Below are positions 27,936 through 38,855 of a stretch of DNA of 64,000 nt, one piece after another (the first letter of the stretch is position 1; the number at the start of each line of letters is the position of its first letter). The notes under the pieces were generated by a model, which saw nothing but the letters and a program-made list of their open reading frames with translations, was not told where the DNA came from and made no database searches. The stretch comes from Acidobacteriaceae bacterium (GTDB taxonomy: Bacteria > Acidobacteriota > Terriglobia > Terriglobales > Acidobacteriaceae). The DNA is taken from contig JAJPKO010000043.1 of assembly GCA_021323655.1 (NCBI GenBank), forward strand, positions 22,337-86,336, given 5' to 3'. The translations under genes were made by a program, and so were the position numbers.

Positions 27936-29611
27936 TCATGTGGTGACTACAAAAGGTCGCATCATGTCGTTGTCCTCATGCTCGAGCATATGGCAGTGGA
28001 ATACAAACTTGCCGGTGTAGCCCTCGAACTTGACGAGGATGGAGAGGATCTCGTTCGGTGTGACAATTGCTGTATCTTTCCAGCCTGATTCTCCGGATGA
28101 TGGAGGGCGTACCAAACCAACCGGCTGGATGTTCCCTTTGGCGAATTGCATATAGTCAAAACCCTGCCGGTGCAGAACCTGAAACTGAACCAGATGAAGG
28201 TGCATGGGATGCGCGTCTTCCGTCGTGTTGATAAAGCGCCACTTCTCAAGTGTTCCAATCTTCACGATCTCGGTCACGGGGTCGTCATACCCCCTTTCAT
28301 TGATCTTCACGCCGAGAGATCGCCCGTGCTCGTCCATGTGTTCCACCAGCACGAAATCTCTCGTTTTGATTGCGTCCTTTTCCGAATACTTAGCAAAAGG
28401 CAAAGGTGACGAGCCCACGCTGAACACTTTCAAAGGTGCCTTACTCGGTTTTCGTGGAAGTATGACTCGGAATTGCATCAGCTCGTCCATACGCGGTGCA
28501 TTCATCGCCATTGAAGCCCACCCAGGGTATGGCGCTGGTGCATTGTTCATCATGGTCACTGTCTGGTTATCGAGGCCCGTGAAGTCAACTAGAAGGTCGG
28601 CGCGTTCTGCAGGCCCGAGCAAGATGGATTGCATGGTCGCTGGTTTCGGCAGTGTGCCGCCGTCAGAGCCGAACTGAATGAACGTTAACAAGATGCAATG
28701 TCGGTGGCTCGCCTGGCAAGATTGAAACGCAAATCGAAGAAGCGCGTATTCGCCGCATTCAGAACGCGCAACCGATAAAGACGCGGCTCGACATCTAAAT
28801 ACGGGCATATCCTTCCATTCACGACGGGATATTTACCCAGGAATTCAGGTCCCCATATGCCCGGAGCCAAGGGAATGCCGTCGTCGTTCACCGGCGCATA
28901 GACAAGCTGCCCTTTACCATCCAATGTGCGGTCCTGGACGATGAGCGGGACTTCATATTCGTCTGCGGGCAAGGAAAGAGACCGTTCTTCCTCGTCACGC
29001 AGAAGGTAGAGGCCGGAGAGTCCTGCGTAGACGTTCAACCTCGTGATGCCAACTGCATGATCGTGATACCAGAGCGTCGCGGCCCGTTGTTCGTTGGGGT
29101 ACGTGTAACGAACCTTATTGCCAGGTGTGAACCAATTCTCTGGGAGCCCATCGCTTTCCGAAGACGTACGAGCTCCGTGCAGATGTGGAACGGTTCGAAC
29201 CTCAGGCGCAGGGGGCATAGCGCCATGGATATGCGGATCCACCTTGAACAGATGGTGTGTGGGCAGCCGGTTCTCCCAAACAACCTCTACGCGTTCGCCT
29301 CGGATCGCTTCGATTGTCGGTCCGGGGTACCGCCCTTCGAACCCCCAGATCCTTGTAGGCGGGAGTGAGGAGTGGATGGTCTGCATCTTCTCTTCCATGC
29401 GCACTCTGTAGACCGTTCTTGACCTATGCCGCTCCATCGGCGCGAGGCGCGCTGGGATCGGAAGAGGATCTACAAAACCAAAGAGAGACGGACCATCGGG
29501 ATCTGCTTGCTGTTTCTGAGTATTCGACTGTGATCCGAAGTACCGAGGGGCTAAAAGGGAACAGGCTGCCGTAGTTTGCTTTAGGAATTCTCGCCGACTA
29601 AGTAAAGACAT
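27936..29611 (-). pseudogene. Tat-exported multicopper oxidase (CotA/bilirubin-oxidase-like) split by one frameshift between about 28683 and 28720
   Basis: SRREFLK is a Tat signal. Copper motifs are HLHG, WYHDHA, HPMHLH and HCHMLEHEDNDMM. The N-terminal part is ORF 28685..29611, and FIQFGSDGG continues in ORF 27936..28808. Confidence 0.8.
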
Positions 29612-29682
29612 GTCACCTCAAAGCAGTTGATGCACAACATTTGCAATCGCGAACTAACATCCGGAGCATGAGAAATCGCTGA

Positions 29683-30363
29683 TCACATCTCAGCCCAACG
29701 CCGAAGCAGGTTGTGATAAACGCCGGTTAGCTGCACCCCGATCGGATTGCGATGAGATTCTTTTGCTAACCGCTGAATTGCCGTGTCGAGATCATAGAGA
29801 AGAGTTCGATCGCCATCGGCCCGGATCATGCTCTGAATCCAGAAGAACGAGGACACTCGCTCGCCGCGCGTCACGGGGGTGACGTGATGAAGACTGGTCG
29901 CTGGATAGAGCACCATATGCCCAGCAGGCAATTTGACGCTGTGCATCCCATAGGTGTCTTCCACAATCAATTCGCCACCATCGTATCGATCGGGAGCCGT
30001 CAGGAAGAGAGTTGCTGAGACGTCGGTTCGGATGCGCTGGCCCGTTGAGGCGAGCGAGCGAATCGCGGTGTCGACATGCGTTCCGAAATGTCCGCCTCCG
30101 GTGTAGCGATTGAACATCGGTGGAAAGACCTTGAGTGGCAGCGCAGCCGACATAAACAGGGGCGACCGCGCCAAGGCCGCCAGCACCATTTCGCCAAGCT
30201 TCACGGCTGCCGGATGGGACTCCGGGAGCTGGAGGTTTTCTTTGACTGCTTGAGCCTGGTAGCCGGCAGTCAATTTGCCGTCAACCCACTCGGCAGCATC
30301 GAGAATCGCGCGTGCCTGCGTCAGTTCTTCGCTGGTCAAAACATCGGGAATCGTAATCAACAT
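29683..30363 (-). CDS. Fe(II)/2-oxoglutarate PKHD-type hydroxylase (PiuC/YbiX-like)
   Basis: [10 protein letters not shown]...[15 protein letters not shown]...[11 protein letters not shown]...[19 protein letters not shown] carries the HxD...H facial triad. The start is set at the ATG at 30363. Confidence 0.8.
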   Translation of the reverse strand: MLITIPDVLTSEELTQARAILDAAEWVDGKLTAGYQAQAVKENLQLPESHPAAVKLGEMVLAALARSPLFMSAALPLKVFPPMFNRYTGGGHFGTHVDTAIRSLASTGQRIRTDVSATLFLTAPDRYDGGELIVEDTYGMHSVKLPAGHMVLYPATSLHHVTPVTRGERVSSFFWIQSMIRADGDRTLLYDLDTAIQRLAKESHRNPIGVQLTGVYHNLLRRWAEM

Positions 30364-30427
30364 GAATTTGGAACTCCAAGAACCTTTGCCGTCGAAACGC
30401 TTCATGAATTGCTTGAAATGGTCAGAG

Positions 30428-33046
30428 TCATTTGAAACGGAAGTTAATGCCGAACAGAGCACTGGCTCCCGCACCGGGAATCAGATGGCTGGGGTGAGGC
30501 AAATCGATGTAGAAGCGATTCAGGATGTTGTTGACGTTGGCCTGAAACTCGAACTTTTCGCCGATCGGGCGCTTGAGCATCGCGCTGAAAACCCAGTAGC
30601 CGGGGACCTGCCTCATTGCCACGCTGGTCACCACATATCCGGGTCCGTTCGGATTGGGCACGAAACCGGTCGACACATAAGGAACGGTGGAACTTGCCGT
30701 TCGGCTTCCGACGTAGTTACTCCCAACGCCGCCGTTCAGCCGCCATGGCAGGCGATGGGTGACGAATAGATTGAAAGTCTGCTTCGGCACGTTTGCCAGT
30801 GGGTACCCTACCGCAGCCGGAAAGAATCTAGAGAAGATGACATCGCTATCGAGATAGGCGTATCCAGCAACAAGGTCCATGCCATGAGGAAGCCTGCCCA
30901 CAAGGCTGACCTGCGCACCATTCACAACCTGGTTTCCGGCCGCCACGATGTTGTTCGAGTTGGTCGGATCAGTTTCGCGAGCGTTGTCCTTCTCGGTTCG
31001 AAACCAGGCACCCTCAAGCAACAAGCGTTGATTCAGAAATCCCCACTTGGCTCCCGCTTCATAGGATTCGTTCTCTTCGGGAACGGCCGTGTCCTGACTG
31101 AGCGCCACGCTGAGGCTGATCGATTCAGCCGCTGGGTTAAAGCTGGTGCCGTAATCGAAGTAAATGCTGCCATGTGATGAAGGCTTGTACACGATTGCGG
31201 CTCGATAGCTCGGCTGCTGGTCCAGTCTGCTGATCGGGGGCACGGCCGCGGTCGCTGTCCCCCCAGCTGGTGGCGTGGGCTGGTAGAGGTTGTAGTCGGT
31301 ATCAAAGCGGTCCCAGCGCACACCGCCGGTGAGTTCAAATAGGCGCCCAAGCTTCATCGCGTCGATGAAGTAGAGTCCCACGCTCTTCGATTTGGTATGA
31401 ACGATGGAAGTGATATAGCCGGTTCCCGAAAATGGCTGTTCTTCATTTGGGTTGAGGAGCGTTGTGTCGGGCACCGTGTTTTTCTTGTTAATCGTGTAGC
31501 TGTAGCGGATTGGATTTGAAATCTCCTGCCCACCCTCAGCGCCGGCCACGAAATCGTTGTGAATCCCGGCGATCTTGAACCGGGAACTCATCTCCACCTG
31601 ATCCCACAGTATTCCCTCAACGCTCTTGACCTGAATCTGATTCCGATTGACTTGGGTAATCTGATCCGCAGCTGTCTGCGGTGTGTAGGGACAGGAAAGC
31701 GCTGAGTTGTAGGACAGCGTGGGCAGGGAGGAGACCACGCCCCCTACGGGAACGCTGAGCGATGCGTTGGAACAAATCTGCGGCTCAGTGATCTGCGCCT
31801 TTCGTGGATAGTTGGCGGCGCGCGCAATAGTGTGAACGTTGAGGTTTGGCTTGAAGTCGTGTTCGACTCTAAAGGTGAGAATATCGTCGTTGGTCTTCAG
31901 GTAATTCTCGTCGGCAAAACCGAAGTAGCTATGCCGATTCGCCGGTGCGACGCTGTTGAAGAGCCAGGGCAATCCATAGTCCGGCGTGTCGTCTTCCGAG
32001 AGGTGCTCGTAACTCAACGTTGCGGGCGTTCTAGTTCCCAATCCGATCGAAATCGATGGCGCGATGCCGAACCGCCGCACTTCAGCCGCATCGCGCCCAG
32101 CCACTCCCGCTTCTTCCGCCATGAAATTGGCGCGAAATGCGGTACCGCCCAGCACGTCCTCAAGCGGGCTGTTGAGATCCGCTGTAAGGCGCCGCGTCAG
32201 ATCTGTCCCGAACTGAGTTTGCACATTGACGAACTTCTCGGAACCTGGGACTTTGCTCTCCTGGTTGACGACACCGCCTGTTGAGCCTCTTCCGAACTGG
32301 ATTCCTGCCGGGCCTTCCAGCGCCTCAACCTGCTCGAAGTTGAACGAGTCCCGATAGTAGCTACCGAAATCGCGAATCCCATCGAGGAAGATGTCATTTC
32401 TGGCGGTAAAGCCGCGGATGGTTAGATTGTCGCCCTGCGCGCCAGCTTCTCCCGCGGCGAGACTGATGCCGGGCACATTTCTGAGCGTGTCGCGCAACGT
32501 GGACAAGCCTTGATCCTGCATGACGAACTGAGGGACCACGGTCACACTCTGGGGAGTGTCGATGAGAGGTTCGGGAAACTTCTGCATGGATACGAAATCA
32601 GCAATGGAGGCATTGACTGAAACCGTGTCATTCGCCTGGACGCCGATGATAAATGTGTCTTGACCTTCAAGGCGGAAGTTCAATCCTGTGCCATTGAGGA
32701 GAAGCCTAAGAGCATCTTCTTCGCGGTAAAGACCGATGACCCCCGGGGAGTTGAACCCGGCCAGCGTCCCAGCGGGCAAGACGACCTTAACCTTCAATCC
32801 GGTTGTTTTCTGGTAAGAATCGATCGCTTGTTCCAGCGGTCCCGCATTGATATCAAATCGTTTCAGAGGCAATGTGGAAGGAGGGGCGCCGTCGATTCTT
32901 GGAAGTACTTTTTCAGCAGCAATGGCAGATTTGCCAGTGCCAAACGCGGCGTAGGTTGCCAGGGTTCCCATCGCGATCCAACTGCGGCGAAATGCCTGCG
33001 ATCGGATATTCCGTCCAGGATTCTTCTTGCGAGTCTTTGCCTTCAT
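30428..33046 (-). CDS. TonB-dependent siderophore receptor with N-terminal STN (signalling) domain
   Basis: The STN-like segment is [28 protein letters not shown]. Plug and barrel motifs follow, and the protein ends in FRFK. The ATG at 33046 is preceded by GGAGGAGG; the track start at 33181 is unlikely. Confidence 0.85.
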   Translation of the reverse strand: MKAKTRKKNPGRNIRSQAFRRSWIAMGTLATYAAFGTGKSAIAAEKVLPRIDGAPPSTLPLKRFDINAGPLEQAIDSYQKTTGLKVKVVLPAGTLAGFNSPGVIGLYREEDALRLLLNGTGLNFRLEGQDTFIIGVQANDTVSVNASIADFVSMQKFPEPLIDTPQSVTVVPQFVMQDQGLSTLRDTLRNVPGISLAAGEAGAQGDNLTIRGFTARNDIFLDGIRDFGSYYRDSFNFEQVEALEGPAGIQFGRGSTGGVVNQESKVPGSEKFVNVQTQFGTDLTRRLTADLNSPLEDVLGGTAFRANFMAEEAGVAGRDAAEVRRFGIAPSISIGLGTRTPATLSYEHLSEDDTPDYGLPWLFNSVAPANRHSYFGFADENYLKTNDDILTFRVEHDFKPNLNVHTIARAANYPRKAQITEPQICSNASLSVPVGGVVSSLPTLSYNSALSCPYTPQTAADQITQVNRNQIQVKSVEGILWDQVEMSSRFKIAGIHNDFVAGAEGGQEISNPIRYSYTINKKNTVPDTTLLNPNEEQPFSGTGYITSIVHTKSKSVGLYFIDAMKLGRLFELTGGVRWDRFDTDYNLYQPTPPAGGTATAAVPPISRLDQQPSYRAAIVYKPSSHGSIYFDYGTSFNPAAESISLSVALSQDTAVPEENESYEAGAKWGFLNQRLLLEGAWFRTEKDNARETDPTNSNNIVAAGNQVVNGAQVSLVGRLPHGMDLVAGYAYLDSDVIFSRFFPAAVGYPLANVPKQTFNLFVTHRLPWRLNGGVGSNYVGSRTASSTVPYVSTGFVPNPNGPGYVVTSVAMRQVPGYWVFSAMLKRPIGEKFEFQANVNNILNRFYIDLPHPSHLIPGAGASALFGINFRFK

Positions 33047-33566
33047 GGTCCTCCTCCAATTCCCTCTGATCACTGCTGGTTCCGCACACGGTCGACCGCT
33101 CACGAGCTCAAGCGAGCGTCGGGTACGCGAACATTCGGCAATTCGGTTCGGTGTGGAGGACCATTGGGCCGAAAAGCCCAACTTTATAATTCAGACAGCC
33201 TGCGGCCCACTCGGTCGCAGTCGCCAGGGTCTTCGCGGTCTCCGCCGAGAGATAAACCCGCTGGGACCCTGGTCCCTCCATCCAGTCCTGCCGATCTTCA
33301 TATACGACCAATTCGGTCGGCCTTGTTTGAATATATACGACAGTTTTAGTCCTATATCAACCCATCAATGTGAATTGCAAGAATAGAGTGGTGAACCGAA
33401 CCCGAGACGACCCCTACTTGATGGCTATGGGAGTTTGCGCCTTCAGCCACGGTGCAATGCGCAAGATTTTGAGAATCTGATCAGCCCGCGCACTTCCCGT
33501 GAAGCTCTGCCTGGTTACCGACTCACCGGCCAAGCCGCAAAGTGGCATCTAAAGGTTCTTCTGGTC

Positions 33567-34253
33567 TCACGAGCAAAAATGCGATTTCAGGGCCCCTGAG
33601 GGTTGCGATGGAGTCTGAGTCTCAAGCGCGTCTATGACCAGTTGATTCCCATCGGTCTCGACAAAGATCGCGGTAGAATCATCCACCACATAGAAATCCA
33701 GATCGAATGCGCCGATCATGGAATTGCCGCTTGTCTGCAACTCTGGGAACGAGGGGGTACCGCTGCCGTTCGAACGAAGGATCGGGCGATCCTCCAGTTC
33801 CTTCGCGCCAATGGTTCCCTGTGTCCCCGAGTCGGCAATCCCGGTGAGGTCATCCTCGCGGCCCTCGATTTTGAGGGTGGTGCTCATGCCGCCTACTGCG
33901 AGCGATATACGCAGTTGTGCTTCCGTTGTCGCTGCGGCATTGACTGTCACCTGCACTTCTTTGCTCTCGAAGTCGTGATTTACCACGAGAAGCCGATAGT
34001 GTCCTGGCGCCAGCCCTGGAACAACAAAAAAGCCATTCCGGTCAGAGTAGGTCGCTTTTTCGATTGCTCCATTCGCGTCACGGATCTCTACCGTTGCGCC
34101 GACAATTGCCGCGCCGGACGAGTCGACCACGGTTCCCGTGACCTGACACGGTGCCCCTTTGTCAGAGATCTTGCTTCGCAGAAGAGGCGCACATGTGAGT
34201 GCGGTGAGTATTACAAACCTCAAAATCGTGTTCTTGGTTGAAGCAGGGACCAT
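33567..34253 (-). pseudogene. Truncated TonB-dependent receptor N-terminal fragment
   Basis: A signal peptide and a CarboxypepD_reg domain (GTVVDSSGAAIVGATVEIRD..GHYRLLV) are present. The plug starts at GTIGAKELEDRPILR and then diverges. No barrel is present. Confidence 0.45.
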
Positions 34254-34275
34254 CGTTTCTCTCGGCCAGAATCAC

Positions 34276-35193
34276 GTCACGCATGCGAAGATTGCGACGC
34301 CGACCGTTAAGGCTGCTGACATTGTTCGTGATCCCAGCGATCTGCCATCTCCGATCGGCGATCGCGCGCCAGTCGGGATTCGCGTAACCCTCACTTCAAA
34401 GGAGTTGGTCGGAGTGCTTGATCCCACAAGTGGAACGACCTATCGCTATTGGACCTTCAATGGAAAAGTGCCGGGACCGTTCATTCGCGTTCGACAGGGT
34501 GACACAATCGAAATATCTCTCGCGAACCCTAAAGACAGCCTCATGGTCCACTCGATCGATTTCCACGCGGTGATCGGGCCAGGCGGCGGGGCAGCTCTGT
34601 TGCAAGTCCCGCCAGGACAGTCGAAGACCTTCACGTTCGGAGACACGACGCCAAAGGCTGTTCGTTTACCACTGCGGCAGCCCGATGATCGCGCAACACA
34701 TCGCGAACGGAATGTATGGATTGATTCTTGTCGAGCCGGCCAGCGGGCCTGCCCCGCGTCGATCACGAATACTACGTGATGCAGAGCGAGTTCTACACTA
34801 CTGCTCCGAAAGGCAAGTCCGGATTGCAGCAGTTCAGCGGGGAAACCTTTCGACGGAGGATGCGCAGTACTACCTCTTCAATGGAACCGTGGATTCACTA
34901 ACTAGGAGTACCCACTCCACGCCAATGAGGGCGAGACGGTGCGCATCTTTTTCGGCAATGCCGGGCCGAATGCCACTGCCTCTATGCACAAGGTCGGCGA
35001 AATCTTTACCCGCTACTACGAGTTCGGTTCGCTGAGCTCTCCGCCCCTGGAGGGAATTCAGACTGCGACGATTCCGCCGGGCTATGCGGGAAACTTCGAA
35101 GTGAAGGCCAGCGTACCTGGGCAATTCACGTTCATGGATCACGCGATGTCACGAATGGAGAAAGGCGACATGGCTTTCCTCGAAGTGAACACC
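34276..35193 (+). pseudogene. nirK: Copper-containing nitrite reductase, decayed by at least four frameshifts; N-terminal signal region missing
   Basis: NirK-like segments lie in alternating frames: HSIDFHAVIGPGGG; [27 protein letters not shown]; [17 protein letters not shown]; [16 protein letters not shown]; PLHANEGETVRIFFGNAGPN. The frame switches fall near 34650, 34748, 34845 and 34904. Confidence 0.8.
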
Positions 35194-35812
35194 CGGAAAA
35201 CACCGCCTTGGTGCATGCGGGATCACCGGGGAATTGTCACGTCCGGCCCCATTTATCGGAGAACTCTCACTACCGCTGGACTAAATCAAAGGATACAGCT
35301 CAGGTTATTAACCGTCATGACCGATGGGAGTCAGCTTGATCACCGAGGAGCAACATTTGTGAGCCAGATCGAGGCTACGTCGACCAGTGCGTCCTTCTCA
35401 CCATATTTCCGGTCGCGGCAGTCATAGATCACGTCGTTGCCTGTCTGAACGCGAGCCAGTGTGAACGCGCTCTTAAGGTCGCGGCTGTAGTCAAACATGA
35501 GGGTCATGTCTGCCACTATCCCGCTTTCTGAAGGGTTTCGATCAGTTCTTGTTTCGGTTGGTATGTACCGTCTCGTGCTTGACGAGATACGAGAAGACAG
35601 TCCTCAAAAGCGAAGGGCATCCGTTCGGCCATGATGAGTCCCATGAACAACCGGACGCCCTCCTGCGAAGGCCTCTGCCAGCGGTCATCCTTGTCACGAA
35701 GCGCGGTGGTCCAGGCAGGAAGCGGCGATCGAGCTGAGACGCCCATCGTTTCTTCGACGCGACACACCACCTTCGCAGAGCGGGATACCGTTTTTGCGGT
35801 ACCCTCCTTACA

Positions 35813-36307
35813 ATGGCGCAGCGACTGGATAGCATCACACAATTTCGAGTCGATCCGAAGGTACTGAGGGAAACGCTTCTCGTTCTACGGGAGTTCGGCA
35901 AACATTACTGTGAAGGACTTGTTCTCTGGGTTGGCAACATCAGTCGAGATTGCGTAGAAATCAGAGGGATTGCGGTACCGGATCAAACGCCACTGAAAAG
36001 CGAACACGGGGTCGGATATTTTGTAGAGGCAGACGTTCTCTTTACTTTGAACCGCCGGCTGTCCCAGGCGCAGCTCCAGCTGATTGCGCAAGTTCACAGC
36101 CATCCTAGCGATGCCTATCACTCCGAGACGGATGATCGCTATGCGATAGTCACAGCAAACGGCGGCCTATCTCTCGTAGTTCCAAACTTCGGCAACGCTC
36201 CGCCTGACCCCACGCAATGGGCAGTGTATCGACTTTTTAGTGGGGTTTGGAAAGAGCTTCAGCCAGATGAAGTTCGATCGACCATCATCGTTTCGCCCAT
36301 CGAATGA
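35813..36307 (+). CDS. JAB/MPN (JAMM) metalloprotease, candidate deubiquitinase/Ubl-processing enzyme (BilC-like)
   Basis: A Glu in CEGLVLWVG plus QVHSHPSDAYHSETD gives the E...HxHx7Sx2D JAMM motif. It is convergent with the E1 gene, with a 13 nt gap. Confidence 0.75.
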   Translation: MAQRLDSITQFRVDPKVLRETLLVLREFGKHYCEGLVLWVGNISRDCVEIRGIAVPDQTPLKSEHGVGYFVEADVLFTLNRRLSQAQLQLIAQVHSHPSDAYHSETDDRYAIVTANGGLSLVVPNFGNAPPDPTQWAVYRLFSGVWKELQPDEVRSTIIVSPIE

Positions 36308-36320
36308 TCGGTGTGTACGT

Positions 36321-37835
36321 TCATTTGTGTGACCACTTATCTCGGAAGGCGATTTGGTAGTCTTCGTCCAAGCAGATGCACCCGGGTTCTTTCGCTCTCG
36401 GAACAACCCAGACAGACGGCGGAGGAAACAGCACATCCCCCCACGTCACTAGCGTTTCGCGCTGCGATAGGTCCGCCAACTCCGGGTTGGTTCCTTTGAC
36501 CAGTTCCGCGGCCATTAGAACCCCGGCGAGCGCAGATTGATGAGCTAACGGCACGGTTTCAACTCGGTTTACGACCGGAAGTCTAATGGGAGCCGCTCCG
36601 CAGATTACATCCGTATAAAGTTCACCGAGTGGCCTTCCCTGCCATCCGGCTAGTTCAGCAGGATCGACTCCTAGCGTTCGAGCCGCCGTGGAAATATCCT
36701 GTTGCGACAGCGGCGTTCGTGTCACCCATAACGCAGCGGCCCGTTCTGGGGTAAGACCCAGCGCCCGTGCAGCTTGTTCGGTTTGCGAAAGAGAGCGTCC
36801 TTGAGGATGATACAAGCATGCGAGACAAGCCCTTTCATCTGAAGAGTGATGGCTCGACGCTCCCAAGGCGAGATCTCCCGTCCATCCATTGACAACGAGC
36901 CTTGGAAGCAACGCCTGGGCTGCTCGGCGAGTTTCTACGTTGTCCACTGAGATGCATATTGTCGGGCAGGCAATTCCGTTATGTTTATCCGCGTACTCCT
37001 CTAGGGATAATGCTGCCTTCTCCACTTTGATTGCGGAATATCGCAGCTCGCGAGCAGCAATCCAGGTTTTAGGCTTCGTGTGCTCGGCATCCTTGAACAA
37101 TCCGAGGACGTATCTCTGAAGATTAGATGCTTCGACGTGCTCCGGATCGAGCGCAATCAGGCGTCCACGGCGACCGGCATCGCGAGCAAGTGTCCACAGG
37201 GCGGAATTGGCAACGGCTCCGATTCCTGCAAGTAGAACCTCACCGAAGTCGCCTTCAGGCAAGCCTACATTATCCCTTTCCGTTTTCCCGAAGGTGAGCA
37301 AAGAGACGGAAACTTCCGCATCTGAGAAACGGTTTAAGAAGACTCGCCGAAATATTTCCGCGACTGCAAAGCACGCTGAAGCCCCCGCAGCGTATGGATT
37401 GGTTGCGCCATGCTCAGATTTGGGCGCAAACCAAAGTCGAGAGAACCACCCGTTGGCGGATGGCCAGATCCCAGCGGGCGAGGTCGTATGACCGATGCCT
37501 ATTGTTAGCTCCGCAGGTGCTGTATTGCAGAATTCAATTGCCGGGTTGATCCGAACTGCAAGTCTCCTCAATCGCTCTAGATCCTTCTGGGATCCATTTA
37601 TAGACAAGCTCGGATACAGTCGTGCAAGCAGATTCGTGGCAAGCTCGGCTGTCCACCACTCGTTTTCTGAAAGAGTTGCGCCGCACGCAAGGCCTACGCG
37701 GACATCTTTCAAGGATGCAGTTAGATCTTCGCGTCCAACGGACAGGTGACCACCAATCGCTGAATAGACACGATCGAAAAAGGGAGCGAGGGCCAATTTT
37801 AGGGCTTCTCCTCTGCCGCCCAAGTAAACTGGCAT
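36321..37835 (-). CDS. E1-like ThiF-family adenylyltransferase with N-terminal extra domain (BilD-like)
   Basis: LLAGIGAVANSALW is a nucleotide loop and ALDPEHVEASNLQRY is the ThiF motif. It also has CLACLY and a C-terminal CIC. The N-terminal 190 aa are consistent with an inactive adenylation-like domain. The start is uncertain because it overlaps the E2 gene by 37 nt. Confidence 0.7.
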   Translation of the reverse strand: MPVYLGGRGEALKLALAPFFDRVYSAIGGHLSVGREDLTASLKDVRVGLACGATLSENEWWTAELATNLLARLYPSLSINGSQKDLERLRRLAVRINPAIEFCNTAPAELTIGIGHTTSPAGIWPSANGWFSRLWFAPKSEHGATNPYAAGASACFAVAEIFRRVFLNRFSDAEVSVSLLTFGKTERDNVGLPEGDFGEVLLAGIGAVANSALWTLARDAGRRGRLIALDPEHVEASNLQRYVLGLFKDAEHTKPKTWIAARELRYSAIKVEKAALSLEEYADKHNGIACPTICISVDNVETRRAAQALLPRLVVNGWTGDLALGASSHHSSDERACLACLYHPQGRSLSQTEQAARALGLTPERAAALWVTRTPLSQQDISTAARTLGVDPAELAGWQGRPLGELYTDVICGAAPIRLPVVNRVETVPLAHQSALAGVLMAAELVKGTNPELADLSQRETLVTWGDVLFPPPSVWVVPRAKEPGCICLDEDYQIAFRDKWSHK

Positions 37836-38425
37836 CCGGACTCAGTGATGGAACACTGGAGGCTGGGAAGGTCCACGCACACGCGCCAGACAGAAAGAAT
37901 TATCGAGAAAAGATTCATACTCGGCCGATAAAGAAGCCATTCGTCTCCAGAGTGCTGAGGGTGGGAGTGGTACTCGCGAATACCGCGGACACAGAGAAAT
38001 GGCATGTGAGTCAGCGGATGATCAGCAATTAGGACTTCATGCGGACCACGACCTACGTTGTACTCCAGAGCTCGAAACATCGTATTGAACGACAATGGAG
38101 TTCCTGTCCAAGGGTTCAAAAACACCAGCGACGGCGGCTCGAGATCATAATCCGAGAGATCAAATCGCGCCGTGAAAGCAGACGGGGCAAGCGCTTCTAT
38201 ATCCTGCGCAACCAGAACAGGCGCCCCGAGGAATAAATTCCCCTGTCGTAACTGGGTTGTCCAGATGCGCAAGGGGTGATGAGCCACAAACAACAGATCA
38301 AGAAGGGGGTAGGCAGAGGAGCCTAGAAGGTATACACCGCGACGCTCGAGGTCAGCTCGCCTCTCTTGAAGTCGGGAGAGCTCTCGGTCGTATTTGGATC
38401 GATTGACCTTGGGATCAATCCTCAT
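37799..38425 (-). CDS. Prokaryotic E2-like protein (BilB-like)
   Basis: It lies between the Ubl and E1 genes. PFLCVRGIREYHSHPQH carries a conserved-looking Cys in an E2-like loop. Its ATG overlaps the Ubl stop (ATGA). Confidence 0.55.
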   Translation of the reverse strand: MRIDPKVNRSKYDRELSRLQERRADLERRGVYLLGSSAYPLLDLLFVAHHPLRIWTTQLRQGNLFLGAPVLVAQDIEALAPSAFTARFDLSDYDLEPPSLVFLNPWTGTPLSFNTMFRALEYNVGRGPHEVLIADHPLTHMPFLCVRGIREYHSHPQHSGDEWLLYRPSMNLFSIILSVWRVCVDLPSLQCSITESGCQFTWAAEEKP

Positions 38426-38703
38426 GGCCTGTGTTTCGCGCCACCTGCTCCAACGGCCAAGTTCAGATAAAGTTTTGTTCCGTTCAAAAATCCAAAATCG
38501 CTGATCTTACGGTTCACGTCCAGCAAATTTCCGCTTTCATCCCGCACCTGCCACTCTGACGCAGGCCGGCCCGTATTGCCGCTTTCTGCGAGGGCACGCG
38601 CCACTGCTTCTTTCAGAGGTGGATTTGTATTGGTCTCAACTGCGAAGCTCGCGCCATTGATTATGAACGCGAGCGTAATCTTCTGTTCAGTGTGTGCCAC
38701 CAC
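38422..38703 (-). CDS. Ubiquitin-like beta-grasp protein with internal C-terminal GG (BilA-like)
   Basis: 93 aa. It is the first gene of the operon and ends ...LYLNLAVGAGGAKHRP, a Gly-Gly followed by a 5-residue tail that a JAB protease could remove. Confidence 0.6.
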   Translation of the reverse strand: MVAHTEQKITLAFIINGASFAVETNTNPPLKEAVARALAESGNTGRPASEWQVRDESGNLLDVNRKISDFGFLNGTKLYLNLAVGAGGAKHRP

Positions 38704-38815
38704 GACCCTCCGAAGAAAAAATAAGCGGCGTTAAGGCAAAATTCTGACCCTCAGCCTTTCGTGCTCCTCATGTGATGCAAAGCCCGTATCAAAAGGAGTA
38801 CATTAACAATATACT

Positions 38816-38846
38816 TTGCTTCATTATGAGTCAAATGTGCTATATT
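38816..38846 (+). promoter_or_regulatory. Candidate MerR-type promoter (19 nt spacer) for the MerR-like gene
   Basis: TTGCTT, then 19 nt, then TATATT, with the -10 box ending 9 nt before the GTG at 38856. It lies in an AT-rich divergent intergenic region. Confidence 0.3.
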
Positions 38847-38855
38847 TAATGACCT

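Noticed and set aside
33047-33181. Track start of the siderophore receptor at 33181, and likewise the PiuC-like gene at 30474
   Set aside because: Internal ATGs at 33046 (preceded by GGAGGAGG and followed by a signal-peptide-like sequence) and at 30363 (MLITIPDVL, the canonical family start) are much better supported.
35340-35842. Small minus-strand ORFs (55 aa at 35340-35507; up to 108 aa at 35516-35842) between nirK debris and the JAB gene, considered as a TA pair or a fifth component of the Ubl system
   Set aside because: No motifs are recognised. The starts are ambiguous, and one ORF overlaps the JAB start divergently. The evidence is insufficient to call them. They would be worth a profile search.
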